A stretch of 32,000 nt of DNA from Promethearchaeota archaeon (GCA_016933055.1 JAFGBS010000028.1:270001-302000); one strand, 5' to 3'; shown: positions 17,925 through 28,151, numbered from the stretch's first letter. The notes: generated by a model not told the origin, from the sequence alone. A program made the numbers and translations.

Positions 17925-19274
17925 TTATCCCACTAATTCAGTTTCAATGATTTTAATCCCTTTTGTTTCCGGAAGCACCGTCGCCGTTAAAATGCATACG
18001 CCCATTACACTTAGGGCAGATGAAATCAAGTATAAGTATTGTAAATCAAGAAATTTTACTAAAAAGCTTGAAAGTAGCGATCCCAGGATCAATCCTACTG
18101 CATAGGAAAAACTTCTCCACCCCGTAGCCGTACCTCGTGTGTGTGTAGGAAAGTTCTCTACGCAATATGTTTTTGACAGCATAAACATTCCCCAAAAAGA
18201 TCCATTCATAAAGAAACCAAATAGTGAAAAAATCCAAAAGATTCCCAAACTGGCGAATCGATTTGCTGCGAAAGCAATGATAGCGTAGAAAACTAAATTT
18301 ATACCCGCATAAATATACATGGTAGGTTTTCTACCTAATTTGTCCGCTAAGAACCCTGTAATGCCAAAGAACACAAAAGTACCCAACGTAGCTAGATAAA
18401 TTACATAGGTAACTTGATCTGGGCTTCCCCCGTGTGTTATAACAATTATTCCAGTGAGATACTCCTCAAATGTTGCGATTACTGCAGCCATCATGCCTAG
18501 AAGAAAGCCAATTATCATGAATGCAATTATTCTACGCCTGGTTTCAGGTTGTTTAAATGGAACTCCTAAGTTCGCCCGTTTAAATTTCTTCAGGAGGCTA
18601 ATTTCTTGTTTTGTCTGTTTTTTAAGTAAAAATGCTTTCGTTTCTTTCATTCCAAAACCTAGCAACGCTAAAACCATAGCTGCTAAAGCTAAATAATTCA
18701 TCCCTCTCCATTGAGACGGATTTATAGATGGTTCTGTTTTGATAAATATTTGACGACAAATCGGAATTGCTATTGCTCCCAGAGCACCAACCGTCGCTAT
18801 TAGATAGGAATACCTCGCTCTTTTCTCAGCTGGAGCTTCCTCAGCAACAATGATTACCCACATATCGCTGGAGAAAAATATCCACGACAACAGGAAACCG
18901 AATGTAAATAAGTAAATGTTACGTGATATATGCATTATAAGAGAGGCAAAACCCATCCCAAAGAATACGATAATCATCATGGGTTTTCGTCCTATGCGAT
19001 CCGCCAAGTTTTGCACAAAAATCACAAGCAGTAATCCTATAGAAGCGATAGCTTGAACCATATAAAACTCGGGATTTCCAATGTTAAAATCAGCTTGAAT
19101 ATAACTAACTACCGAGGTGTAATAACTAGTAGTATAAGTATCCATGAATTCATATAGCATCATATACGCGAATAAAAATACAATATAACCAACGGATCTC
19201 TGCACAAGTTCTGTAGATGATTCTTTTTTCATTACTATCAACTCATTTTTTCTATCATGTTTTCCTATAGTCAT
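17925..19274 (-). CDS. MFS transporter (co-transcribed with the amidohydrolase)
   Basis: Two motif-A copies (LADRIGRKP, LADKLGRKP), about 12 TM helices, C-terminal LPETKG. 2-nt gap to the next gene. Confidence 0.92.
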   Translation of the reverse strand: MTIGKHDRKNELIVMKKESSTELVQRSVGYIVFLFAYMMLYEFMDTYTTSYYTSVVSYIQADFNIGNPEFYMVQAIASIGLLLVIFVQNLADRIGRKPMMIIVFFGMGFASLIMHISRNIYLFTFGFLLSWIFFSSDMWVIIVAEEAPAEKRARYSYLIATVGALGAIAIPICRQIFIKTEPSINPSQWRGMNYLALAAMVLALLGFGMKETKAFLLKKQTKQEISLLKKFKRANLGVPFKQPETRRRIIAFMIIGFLLGMMAAVIATFEEYLTGIIVITHGGSPDQVTYVIYLATLGTFVFFGITGFLADKLGRKPTMYIYAGINLVFYAIIAFAANRFASLGIFWIFSLFGFFMNGSFWGMFMLSKTYCVENFPTHTRGTATGWRSFSYAVGLILGSLLSSFLVKFLDLQYLYLISSALSVMGVCILTATVLPETKGIKIIETELVG

Positions 19275-19680
19275 TAATTAAAAGATTACGTCACTTGGTT
19301 ATTCTAATTTGAGAATTAAAGCGAATCTATTTTTAACAATTAACAAAATATAGTCTTTGGGACATAATAGGAGGTTAAAATGAATTAGAATGCAATTAGA
19401 TTGCAAAAAATGATGTTAAAGATTATTTGTATGAGGAAGAAAATTTATTTAAACCGTAAATGGAGCAAAACGGTGTATAGCAAAAAACATTTGGATTATT
19501 ACAGAAAAAAAAACACTCAAATCTATGCTTTACCTCTAAAAAAAACATAAACAGATAATGAATTCCGAGAGTTTTACCTTAAAAGAGAAGAAAAAATCAA
19601 TTATTAGTTAAAAAAAAATCTTTGTTCAGCACTTTATCAGCGATAACTTATATTATCTTTATAATATTGAGTGGAAGTGT

Positions 19681-19845
19681 GTGTTAAGTCACACAATTTA
19701 TGATTATGAAAGAGAATTAGATCATGGAAAAGAGACAGAAAGGAGATCTTTTCCGGTCAACAGAGAAATGTATTTGGATACGAAAAATCATATTTTATAT
19801 CTTGAGGACGAGGAGGGTATACTTTATTCTTTATTGATAAACTGA
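19681..19845 (+). CDS. Putative unannotated small protein (54 aa, GTG start)
   Basis: My translation: VLSHTIYDYERELDHGKETERRSFPVNREMYLDTKNHILYLEDEEGILYSLLIN. Purine-rich island in an AT-rich spacer with TATA-like sequences at 19648-19664. Confidence 0.4.
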   Translation: MLSHTIYDYERELDHGKETERRSFPVNREMYLDTKNHILYLEDEEGILYSLLIN

Positions 19846-20098
19846 ATTTGTATAGTTATGTCGTCGAACCACATAAACGAATTCGATACTTAGAGAAATT
19901 CAAACTGAAAGAAGTGGAATAAATTAGAGCTATATCAGAAATCAATTATAAGTAATTGAATTTTCGAGAAAGGTTTTTTCTTTTATTTCATGCCGAATTT
20001 TATTGCCAATTATTAGGTTCAATTTCAGAAGAAGATTTAAGCAAGTTTCTATAACGATTGATAATAGAGTTCGTATTCTGACGGGAGGAAATGCAAAA

Positions 20099-21334
20099 AT
20101 GGAGAATTCTCATCTAAATAATTTGGGTATTTCTGCCAAAAAGCGCAATTCAGTATTCCTCTCGCTAATTTTTGTAAATATTATACGAAATATTGGTTAT
20201 AATTTTGTTAATATCGGTTTACCTGATTTTATAACAGGTTTAGCCGGTGACATAGCACTCTATGGTGTAGCCGTTGGCATATACCAGGTAACACAAACAA
20301 TTTTTCAAATCCCTATGGCATATATTTCGGATAAAATTGGGCGAAGAAACGCGATATTTATTGGATTTTCTATTCATATAATCGGAACTATATTATGCGG
20401 ATTTTCTACTCAATTATGGCAGATCATTTTATTTCGAGCCATTCAGGGGATAGGAGTTTACGCTTCCATCATTTTCGCTACTCTGGCTGATTTGTATGTT
20501 GAAAATGAAAGAGCCCAAAAATTTTCGTTTTATTCAGTTTCCCTCACAATTGGCTATATTCTAGGAAATTTCTTTGGAGGAATTGTCTCAGATTACATTC
20601 CTCTAAACTATCTGTTCTTCATCTCTGCAATCATGAACCTTTTTGCTTTTATCTATTTAATTATTATCATACCAGAGACAAATCCTCACAAATTAAATTT
20701 AAGACACCATCTAAATACTAAGAAATCGATAGAAAAAGATCTTCCGAGCAAAAAAGAAAAAAACTGGATAACATTACCCTTCATTTTCGGATTAATTGTT
20801 CATGGAATTCGTAATTTTTTCTTTTCTGGATTTTTGACTTTTTCAATTTGGAATTATGCTCAATTATTTGATTTGAGTGGAACTCAGACAGGTTTAATCC
20901 TCCTTCCTCTCACGCTGTTTTATATCGGTGGATTATTAATTGCTCCTGCTTTTGGTAAAAAAACAAAATATTTTCCCTATATTATGATCACATCCGTAAT
21001 ACTTGCTTTTTTATTAATAACAACAAGCATCAGCTTTACCAGTCTGTGGTTATATCTGAGTTTAACTTTCTTCCTAGCGGTGATTTTAGCAATGCAAGAT
21101 CCAATAAATACTGCTTTTATAACGACTCACATGGATGAATCTAAAAGAGGATTGGGAAGTGGAATTATGAGTATGGTCGGGATTTTTTCAAGCGCATTGG
21201 GGCAAATTGGCATATCAGGACTTGCACGATTAACTAGTTTTCAATGGGTTCATATAATAGCAGGATTCTTTTGGCTGTTTCTTGTGATTATAATTCTCTT
21301 AGTAAATTCACGAATAAAACGGAATGAAAATTAA
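20099..21334 (+). CDS. MFS transporter
   Basis: Motif A ISDKIGRR, FRAIQGIG, about 12 TM helices. GGGAGG at 20083-20088 favours ATG 20099 (MENSH). Confidence 0.9.
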   Translation: MENSHLNNLGISAKKRNSVFLSLIFVNIIRNIGYNFVNIGLPDFITGLAGDIALYGVAVGIYQVTQTIFQIPMAYISDKIGRRNAIFIGFSIHIIGTILCGFSTQLWQIILFRAIQGIGVYASIIFATLADLYVENERAQKFSFYSVSLTIGYILGNFFGGIVSDYIPLNYLFFISAIMNLFAFIYLIIIIPETNPHKLNLRHHLNTKKSIEKDLPSKKEKNWITLPFIFGLIVHGIRNFFFSGFLTFSIWNYAQLFDLSGTQTGLILLPLTLFYIGGLLIAPAFGKKTKYFPYIMITSVILAFLLITTSISFTSLWLYLSLTFFLAVILAMQDPINTAFITTHMDESKRGLGSGIMSMVGIFSSALGQIGISGLARLTSFQWVHIIAGFFWLFLVIIILLVNSRIKRNEN

Positions 21335-21434
21335 GAAGAGCATTAATTGATTTTTGGAGAGATTAACGATTTATTTATAATATGTGTGCGGTGAGTATAT
21401 TATAGTTAGACCATTTGTTAAGAATTGAGACGAA

Positions 21435-22610
21435 ATGTTAAGTTACAAGTATCTTATTATTGGCGGTGCGATGACATCTAGCGCTGCTATTGACGGAATT
21501 CGTAGTATAGATGAAGATGGCTCCATAGGAATTATTTCTGAGGAGGAGTATAAACCTTATGAACGACCCCCTTTAACTAAGGGCTTATGGCATGAAACAA
21601 AATTAGATTCCATCTTTCTGGAGTTTAACAATACTAATATAGAATTTTACTTAAACACTAAAGCTACAAAAATTGATGCTAAAAAGAAAAATGTAACTGA
21701 TAATAAAGGTCAGCAGTATAAATATACGAAATTACTACTCGCGACAGGTGCTTCTCCGAAAATTATTTCGAAAGAATCTGATCGAGTAATTTATTATCGA
21801 TATTTGCGTGATTATAAAAAACTACGGAAATTAACGGAAAAATACTCCACTTTTGGTATAATCGGTGGAGGGTTTATCGGTTCTGAAATTGCAGCTGCTT
21901 TAGCATCTTTAGGAAAAAAAGTCACAATGATTTTTCCTGAAGAAGGAATAGGTGGATTACGATTCCCTGAAGAGTTAGCAATCTACTTAAATAGATATTA
22001 TGAAGATAATGGTGTTGTTGTTCATCCACGAACAAAAGTCGAAACGGTTGGTGAAAAAAATAACCGCGTTATCATTAAAACAGATAAAGGAGAATTTTCC
22101 TATGATGCAGTAATTGTTGGAATTGGAGTTTCTCCCAATACTGATCTAGCCCAATCTATAGGAGTGAAAATAGATGATGGTATCAAAGTAGATGAATATC
22201 TTAGGACTTCCGAAGCAGACATCTATGCCGCTGGTGATGTCACGAGCTTTTATTCCCCCGATTTAGATAGGAGTATTAGAGTAGAACATGAAGATAATGC
22301 ATATGAACAAGGTAAACTGGCAGGAAAAAACATGGCGGGAGCCTTAAAGAAATACGATCATTTGCCATTTTTCTACTCCGACCTTTTTGACTATGGATAT
22401 GAAGCAGTTGGCATACTTAACCCTAAATTAGAAGTGATTGAAGATTGGAGGGATGAATATGAAGAGGGGATCATATATTACTTGCAGAATGGAATTGTTG
22501 TTGGAGTACTACTTTGGAATGTGTGGGATCAACTGGATAACGCAAGGGAATTGATTGCAGGAAAGAAAAAATTACAAAAAGAGGAACTTCTCGGATACTT
22601 ACCGAAATAG
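21435..22610 (+). CDS. FAD/NAD(P)-dependent oxidoreductase, AIF/ferredoxin-reductase-like
   Basis: IIGGAM, PYERPPLTK, LLLATG, GGGFIGSE, IYAAGDV, RVEHEDNA, FFYSDLF, VVGVLLWN. Confidence 0.9.
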   Translation: MLSYKYLIIGGAMTSSAAIDGIRSIDEDGSIGIISEEEYKPYERPPLTKGLWHETKLDSIFLEFNNTNIEFYLNTKATKIDAKKKNVTDNKGQQYKYTKLLLATGASPKIISKESDRVIYYRYLRDYKKLRKLTEKYSTFGIIGGGFIGSEIAAALASLGKKVTMIFPEEGIGGLRFPEELAIYLNRYYEDNGVVVHPRTKVETVGEKNNRVIIKTDKGEFSYDAVIVGIGVSPNTDLAQSIGVKIDDGIKVDEYLRTSEADIYAAGDVTSFYSPDLDRSIRVEHEDNAYEQGKLAGKNMAGALKKYDHLPFFYSDLFDYGYEAVGILNPKLEVIEDWRDEYEEGIIYYLQNGIVVGVLLWNVWDQLDNARELIAGKKKLQKEELLGYLPK

Positions 22611-22635
22611 TATTAATTTTTTCAAATCATAGATA

Positions 22636-23853
22636 TTAATTAATATAGATGAAATCCTTCGCGGGTGAGACCAAGAATTCGCATCCTCGTTCCGTTACAA
22701 CAACCATCTCTTCTAATGATACACTACCATGATGTTCAGTTCTTATGCTGGGTTCAAGAGTAAATATTTGACCGACTTCTATTAATTTCTTAGGGAGATC
22801 ACCATACCGTTCCCATATCGGACCTAACATCCCCCCTCCATCATGAGCCATAATTCCTACTTGGTGTCCCAAACCATGCAAATACTCTTTATATCCCCTC
22901 GAGAGTTGATAATCTCGAACTATCTTGTCAATTTTATAACCTGGAATCCCCGGCTTAATATTATCTGCAGCAAGTTGAATTCCATTGATAATTGTTTCAA
23001 GCGCGTGGTGCAATTCATTAGGGACTTCTTCCTTTTTTCCAAAAAACCACATTCTCTGGAGATCACTTGCGTATCCATGAAAGAGAATTCCGAAATCATT
23101 ATGAAGAGTACTACCCTCGGAAATAACATTTGATGTTTGTGGTAAAACGTGGCCAAATTCTTTTGGGCTAATATCTACAGCAGGATTACCGATTTGTTGC
23201 CAAGAGAACCCTAATCCTCGTTTTTGTACTTCAGCATGAAACATTTGCTGTATTTCAAATTCATTTTGACCTATTTTAAGCTGTTTCGTGATCAAGTGAT
23301 TGATCTCTTCCGTAATATCGCAAGCTTTACGGATAAGAGCTATTTCAGTTTTAGATTTATTGCTACGTATTGTGTTTACAATCTTTTGTGCACTTGTGAA
23401 GTTATTCTTATATCTTGGAATTAGTTGGTTAAGTAAAAGGAACATTCCGTGACTCAGACCATCTGCAGAAAAATCATCTAAGGAAAAATTTAAGCCGATT
23501 TTTTTTGGATTTAACTCTTTCATTTTAGCTTGTAAATGAGATTTTATTCCTTTTTCATATCCAATGACCTCATCCCAGAATCCTTTTTTTTCTTCAGCTG
23601 CAGCATCAAAATTTGCGACTAAAGCACATTTCTTTAAAGATCCATCGGATTGTATGGCAAAGATGAATGCTGATGCAAGAACAATATCACCCCCTACAAC
23701 AAATTTCATAGAACTATCGGGTGTCGTGGCGGTTTCTCGCGCAAATATTATCCAGCAATCAACACCTGCATCAACCATAATTTGAGGTAGTTTTGCGTGC
23801 TTTTCTTGAATTATCTTTAGATGTTCCTCTAATGGTGTAGTTTCTTGGTTCAT
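22636..23853 (-). CDS. M24 family Xaa-Pro peptidase
   Basis: Creatinase-like N-domain. Metal ligands in DFG, DLQR, HGLGHQVG..HD, LEP and LEE. Confidence 0.92.
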   Translation of the reverse strand: MNQETTPLEEHLKIIQEKHAKLPQIMVDAGVDCWIIFARETATTPDSSMKFVVGGDIVLASAFIFAIQSDGSLKKCALVANFDAAAEEKKGFWDEVIGYEKGIKSHLQAKMKELNPKKIGLNFSLDDFSADGLSHGMFLLLNQLIPRYKNNFTSAQKIVNTIRSNKSKTEIALIRKACDITEEINHLITKQLKIGQNEFEIQQMFHAEVQKRGLGFSWQQIGNPAVDISPKEFGHVLPQTSNVISEGSTLHNDFGILFHGYASDLQRMWFFGKKEEVPNELHHALETIINGIQLAADNIKPGIPGYKIDKIVRDYQLSRGYKEYLHGLGHQVGIMAHDGGGMLGPIWERYGDLPKKLIEVGQIFTLEPSIRTEHHGSVSLEEMVVVTERGCEFLVSPAKDFIYIN

Positions 23854-23970
23854 GATTGGATTTATAGAATGAATTATTTTTAAAATGGAATAATAGTTAG
23901 CATTGAAGGCAATTTAAAACTAAATAACGAGAACAAAGTGATAATTTCGGTTATTTTTTTCATGGTGTTT

Positions 23971-25428
23971 TTATAAACTAACTTTAAATGAATGAGCATA
24001 ACTTGCTGGAAGAGAGTTTGGAATATTTACCTCAAGAGAATTTTTGTCAAATTTCCACTCCAACTCTATTTTCATACCTAGAATTTCGATCTTTTTTATT
24101 TGGTTAAATCCCAGGTTCTTCAGACGTATAGTTGTATCTTGAGGATTTCCTAACAAAATGATATAAATTGTCAATTCTTTTGAAGTAAATCTTATCGGAA
24201 TTCCACATTTCGTTTCACTTTGGGGGATTTTCCAAGGTCGAGTTTCATAAATTGCTTCTCCATTGACCTTTAACCAGTTCCCAAGTTCGAGCAACAATTT
24301 CTTTTGGAAATCGGGTATGGTTCCATCCGATTTTGGACCTACATTTATGAGGAGGTTACCATTTTTACTTACCACATCGATCAATTGATGAATCAGTTCC
24401 TTGGGGCTTAAATAATCTTTTTCTGATTCTTTTTTATTGTACCCAAATGAGCTACCCAAACCACGACAAGTTTCCCATTTGTATTTTTTGATTTCCGATT
24501 CTACTTGATATTCTGGGGTGGAGAAATCATACAAAGGAAGATAATATTCTCTGCTTTCTTGAGAATCTTTTTTATTTTTTGTAATCATACGAAATACGAT
24601 GTTGTTGATGATTTTACCAATTATTGGATGTCTTATACACCATCTAACAATAGAAGGAATCTGTGTCCAACGATTATTAATTACACCCTCAGGATTTTTG
24701 GTGTAAAAATATGCGAAAATCTTCAGTTTATTCGATTTAGCGGGATATCCAATATCATTCCAAAGGATCCACGGTTGATAGGTATCAATAAGCTCGTACC
24801 AATGATTTTCTGCATATTTTGGATATTCTGGTTGCTTTGGTTCATTATCTAGCATAGTAACAAAGTCATTGATGCTATTTTCTTCAAAAGACCAATCAAT
24901 TTTCCCCGAATAATATAATCCCATTCTTAAATTTTGCTTCTTAACCGCTTTTGTTAACTCCCATACAATATCTCGGCTAGCATGATAATTCTTCTTATAG
25001 GGATTTGGATATTTTGAAGGCCATAATGTGAATCCATCATGATGTTTAGCAACTAATACAACATATTTTGCTCCACTTTGTTTAAAAATAGATACCATTT
25101 CATCTGGATTCCATTTCCTAATTTCTTGATTAAAAATCGGGGCAAAATCTTCGTATCTAAATTCAGATCCGTATTGTTTTTGATGGTATTCATAAGTTTT
25201 TGTCTCTTTTAGTCTTAAAGAATTCTGATACCATTCTGCGTAAGGATTTCTGTAAAATTGACTTTCAATCCCGCTATCTTTTTGTATTTCATGATAATTC
25301 TTAGCACTTATTTCAGCAAATGCAGGAATGGAATATAAACCCCAATGAACGAAAATACCTAATTTCACGTCGTGATACCATTGAGGAACTTTATGTTTTC
25401 TTATGGAACGACGAGTTGGTTTAAACAT
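23971..25428 (-). CDS. Alpha-L-fucosidase (GH29)
   Basis: GIFVHWG, AEWY, KHHDGF, LWND nucleophile, TPEY acid/base, KWETCRG, VVSKNGNLLINVGP. No signal peptide. Confidence 0.95.
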   Translation of the reverse strand: MFKPTRRSIRKHKVPQWYHDVKLGIFVHWGLYSIPAFAEISAKNYHEIQKDSGIESQFYRNPYAEWYQNSLRLKETKTYEYHQKQYGSEFRYEDFAPIFNQEIRKWNPDEMVSIFKQSGAKYVVLVAKHHDGFTLWPSKYPNPYKKNYHASRDIVWELTKAVKKQNLRMGLYYSGKIDWSFEENSINDFVTMLDNEPKQPEYPKYAENHWYELIDTYQPWILWNDIGYPAKSNKLKIFAYFYTKNPEGVINNRWTQIPSIVRWCIRHPIIGKIINNIVFRMITKNKKDSQESREYYLPLYDFSTPEYQVESEIKKYKWETCRGLGSSFGYNKKESEKDYLSPKELIHQLIDVVSKNGNLLINVGPKSDGTIPDFQKKLLLELGNWLKVNGEAIYETRPWKIPQSETKCGIPIRFTSKELTIYIILLGNPQDTTIRLKNLGFNQIKKIEILGMKIELEWKFDKNSLEVNIPNSLPASYAHSFKVSL

Positions 25429-25470
25429 CTATCAGGATATAGATAGTAATGATGCAATTTAAGATGGTTG

Positions 25471-25490
25471 ATACTCAGAATTCTGAGAAT
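25471..25490. promoter_or_regulatory. Palindromic candidate operator in the GH29/GH16 divergent promoter
   Basis: ATACTCAGAATTCTGAGAAT: perfect 14-bp core CTCAGAATTCTGAG (25474-25487), 9 of 10 arm pairs overall. Confidence 0.4.
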
Positions 25491-25590
25491 TTTTTCTTAA
25501 GATAAAATGTACCCCATGGTGTTTGGAATTCTTTGTCAATTATTATAATCCGCATTCATTTAATATAGATAAAATGCATAAAAAGAGGAT

Positions 25591-26472
25591 ATGGTTAGAT
25601 TTATGAGTATAAAATATCGAATTCTCAAAATCTTACACGTGATCTGCATTGTATCTCTTATCACTTATTCTCCGCAAAAATCAGAATCTGTGGTGAAATC
25701 TGGGACCAATCAAGATGGTATCTCATTTTCGGGTTATCAGTGGAATATCAAGACATCATCAAATACTCTGGTAGGACCAGGTCCTAATTATTTTAATGAT
25801 AGCATCCACCACGTGTGGGTAGATACCTATGGGTTCTTACACCTTCGTATAACTCATAATATTTATGAAGATATTTGGTATTGCGCTGAAATCTTTTCCG
25901 TGGAATCATTCGGATATGGAACATATCAATTTACACTCGCTCCAGGATTTGATTTATTAGACAAAAACGTAGTTCTTGGTCTATTCACTTATTTGGATGA
26001 TTTTAATGAAATAGACATTGAATTTGCAAAATGGGGTAATGATGAAAATGAAAATGGTCAATATGTCCTACAACCATCATGGAAAATGAATCATAAAAAG
26101 CGATTTAATTTTATTTCTAATACAGAAGATTCGATACACGGATTTAAGTGGTGCAAAAATTCTATTCGGTTTTGGTCATTAATTTCTGAAAATGAAGTCA
26201 GATGGATATATTTTGGTCCGGGCATTCCAGAACCCAGTACTGAACATGTGAATATCAACCTATGGCTAATGCAAGGATTGGCACCTTCTAATTTTTTAGA
26301 AGCTGAAGTTATAATCAAATCCTTCGAGTTTATTCCATTCGAGTGTTTGAATTGTCCGATAGGCTTCTGGTGGGTAGCATGTTTTTCAATTGTCGGATTT
26401 GTCGCAATAATCACTATCATTACGATAGTATTTTGGGACAAAAAGAGAAGAATGAAATCAAAATTACTTTAA
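25591..26472 (+). CDS. Membrane-anchored GH16-like glycoside hydrolase
   Basis: Catalytic ExDxE motif (NEIDIEF), N-terminal hydrophobic signal, and a C-terminal TM helix followed by KKRR. Confidence 0.8.
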   Translation: MVRFMSIKYRILKILHVICIVSLITYSPQKSESVVKSGTNQDGISFSGYQWNIKTSSNTLVGPGPNYFNDSIHHVWVDTYGFLHLRITHNIYEDIWYCAEIFSVESFGYGTYQFTLAPGFDLLDKNVVLGLFTYLDDFNEIDIEFAKWGNDENENGQYVLQPSWKMNHKKRFNFISNTEDSIHGFKWCKNSIRFWSLISENEVRWIYFGPGIPEPSTEHVNINLWLMQGLAPSNFLEAEVIIKSFEFIPFECLNCPIGFWWVACFSIVGFVAIITIITIVFWDKKRRMKSKLL

Positions 26473-26684
26473 TTATTTTGTCTGGATAAATTACGCTTTC
26501 CCACTATCGTAAATATGATATTTACTATATCAGCTACACCAAAAATACAAATAAAAAAAAACCCTGTCAAATTCATATTCAAATCTCATTCCATTGACCT
26601 TAAAACTGACAAAAAAATACCAATAGCTAAAAAAATATTAAATCCTAAAAATCCAATAATAGTACGCAGTTTATAGTTATATAT
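26469..26684 (-). pseudogene. Decayed small 2-TM membrane-protein gene (in-frame TGA, no ATG start)
   Basis: My translation: IYNYKLRTIIGFLGFNIFLAIGIFLSVLRSME*DLNMNLTGFFFICIFGVADIVNIIFTIVGKRNLSRQNN*. TGA at 26588-26586. The stop shares TTAA (26469-26472) with the GH16 stop. Confidence 0.5.
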
Positions 26685-26756
26685 TTTTAAACAATTAGAT
26701 AATTTGCATTACTATAATTTTTGGAGAAGAATTATTGGAGAAAAAAAAATATAAAA

Positions 26757-28151
26757 TTAAGATTTGATTTTGACTTCTGGTGGTTCTTCACTTGTGGATG
26801 TGATTTCCAGTACTTCCTCGGCAAAATTTTCAGATGCTGAACCATAGTCAATAGGAGGAGTTTTCTCTCCCTCTTGTTGATATGATATTTGTCCGAATCG
26901 CTTTTTTGTCAATTTGTGCAGCAATAAGAATCCAAATACTGCCATTAAGCCGATTCCAAAGATAATATACCAAAGCACTCTTGAATCGAAAGTGTCCATT
27001 ACATAACCTGCCGCAACCACTCCGAATAGATTTGGCACTATCCACGAAAAACTACCGATTGCCATATATCTACCACGCTTATCCTCCGGTGAAAATAATC
27101 CAATAAGTGACATTTGATGAGGAGCAACCAAACATTCACCAATTGTAATTATAACCATTGCAATAAAAAACATCCAAACCTCACTTACAAATCCATACAT
27201 GCCAAATCCAATTGAATATAGTAATGTTCCTAATCCAATCATGATAAATGGCGGATATTTTCGAATTAATCGGGTTATTAACGCTTGAAATATCACAACA
27301 ATAAGTGCATTAAGGCTAATTAAATATCCAAACCATGCAGCAGGAAAATTATATTCATTCAACAAAAATACACTCAGCGTCGAGTTAAGTTGCATGCATA
27401 CTAAACTCATAAGTGCAAGAACTAAAATATAAAACATGAAAATTCCGTCACCAAAAACTTGGAAATATCCCTGCATTGTTTGTTTAAACGAGCTTTGCCT
27501 ATTCTGAGTTTGCGTAATTTCACCCTCAACTTTTGGTTTTGCTTCTGGTTTCGTTTCGGGTATTTTAATGAATACAATTATTGCTGTAATAATAGATGTA
27601 ACAGCGTCAAATATGAATAAAAGCAAGTAAGTACCGGTGGCAGTGAAGATGAAACCTCCCAAGATCGGGCCAACAAAAGCGCTTACATTGAAAGCAATCC
27701 GAAAAATTCCAAATCCTTCTGTTCTTTTTTCAGGTGGAAGAATATCTGTCATTAATGCGCCTCGTGCTGGACCACCAACTGAGCCTAAAAGGCCTGAAAG
27801 AGCTGCTAATACATAAAACCATTTTATTTCTGCTAAGAAAGGCATAAAAAGGCTGGATAAGGCACTTGATACTAGACCAAAAATTATTACAGGTTTTCGA
27901 CCGACTTTATCTGCAATAGCGCCGCCAAAAAGCCCACCAAAAATTCCCCCTATTGAAAACATCGTGAACATAAAACCTATATCTGTGAAGCTAATGGAAA
28001 ATTGTGTGTAGACAAAATAGCCAAAAAATGGCGCTAGCATATAACCACCCATTAAATCTATAAAAACTGCTAAGATTATTACCCAAAAAGCGGATGGATA
28101 ATAGGTGAGTTTTTCTTTAAGTGTTATTTTACTATTTTTTTTATTGGACAT
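26757..28151 (-). CDS. MFS transporter (drug:H+ antiporter/MdtH-like)
   Basis: Motif A IADKVGRKP, GPILGG, GEC...P, about 12 TM helices and an acidic C-terminal tail. Confidence 0.92.
   Translation of the reverse strand: MSNKKNSKITLKEKLTYYPSAFWVIILAVFIDLMGGYMLAPFFGYFVYTQFSISFTDIGFMFTMFSIGGIFGGLFGGAIADKVGRKPVIIFGLVSSALSSLFMPFLAEIKWFYVLAALSGLLGSVGGPARGALMTDILPPEKRTEGFGIFRIAFNVSAFVGPILGGFIFTATGTYLLLFIFDAVTSIITAIIVFIKIPETKPEAKPKVEGEITQTQNRQSSFKQTMQGYFQVFGDGIFMFYILVLALMSLVCMQLNSTLSVFLLNEYNFPAAWFGYLISLNALIVVIFQALITRLIRKYPPFIMIGLGTLLYSIGFGMYGFVSEVWMFFIAMVIITIGECLVAPHQMSLIGLFSPEDKRGRYMAIGSFSWIVPNLFGVVAAGYVMDTFDSRVLWYIIFGIGLMAVFGFLLLHKLTKKRFGQISYQQEGEKTPPIDYGSASENFAEEVLEITSTSEEPPEVKIKS

Noticed and set aside
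20003-20098. N-terminal extension of the MFS transporter in the ORF track
   Set aside because: A better RBS (GGGAGG) precedes ATG 20099, and the extension is not MFS-like.
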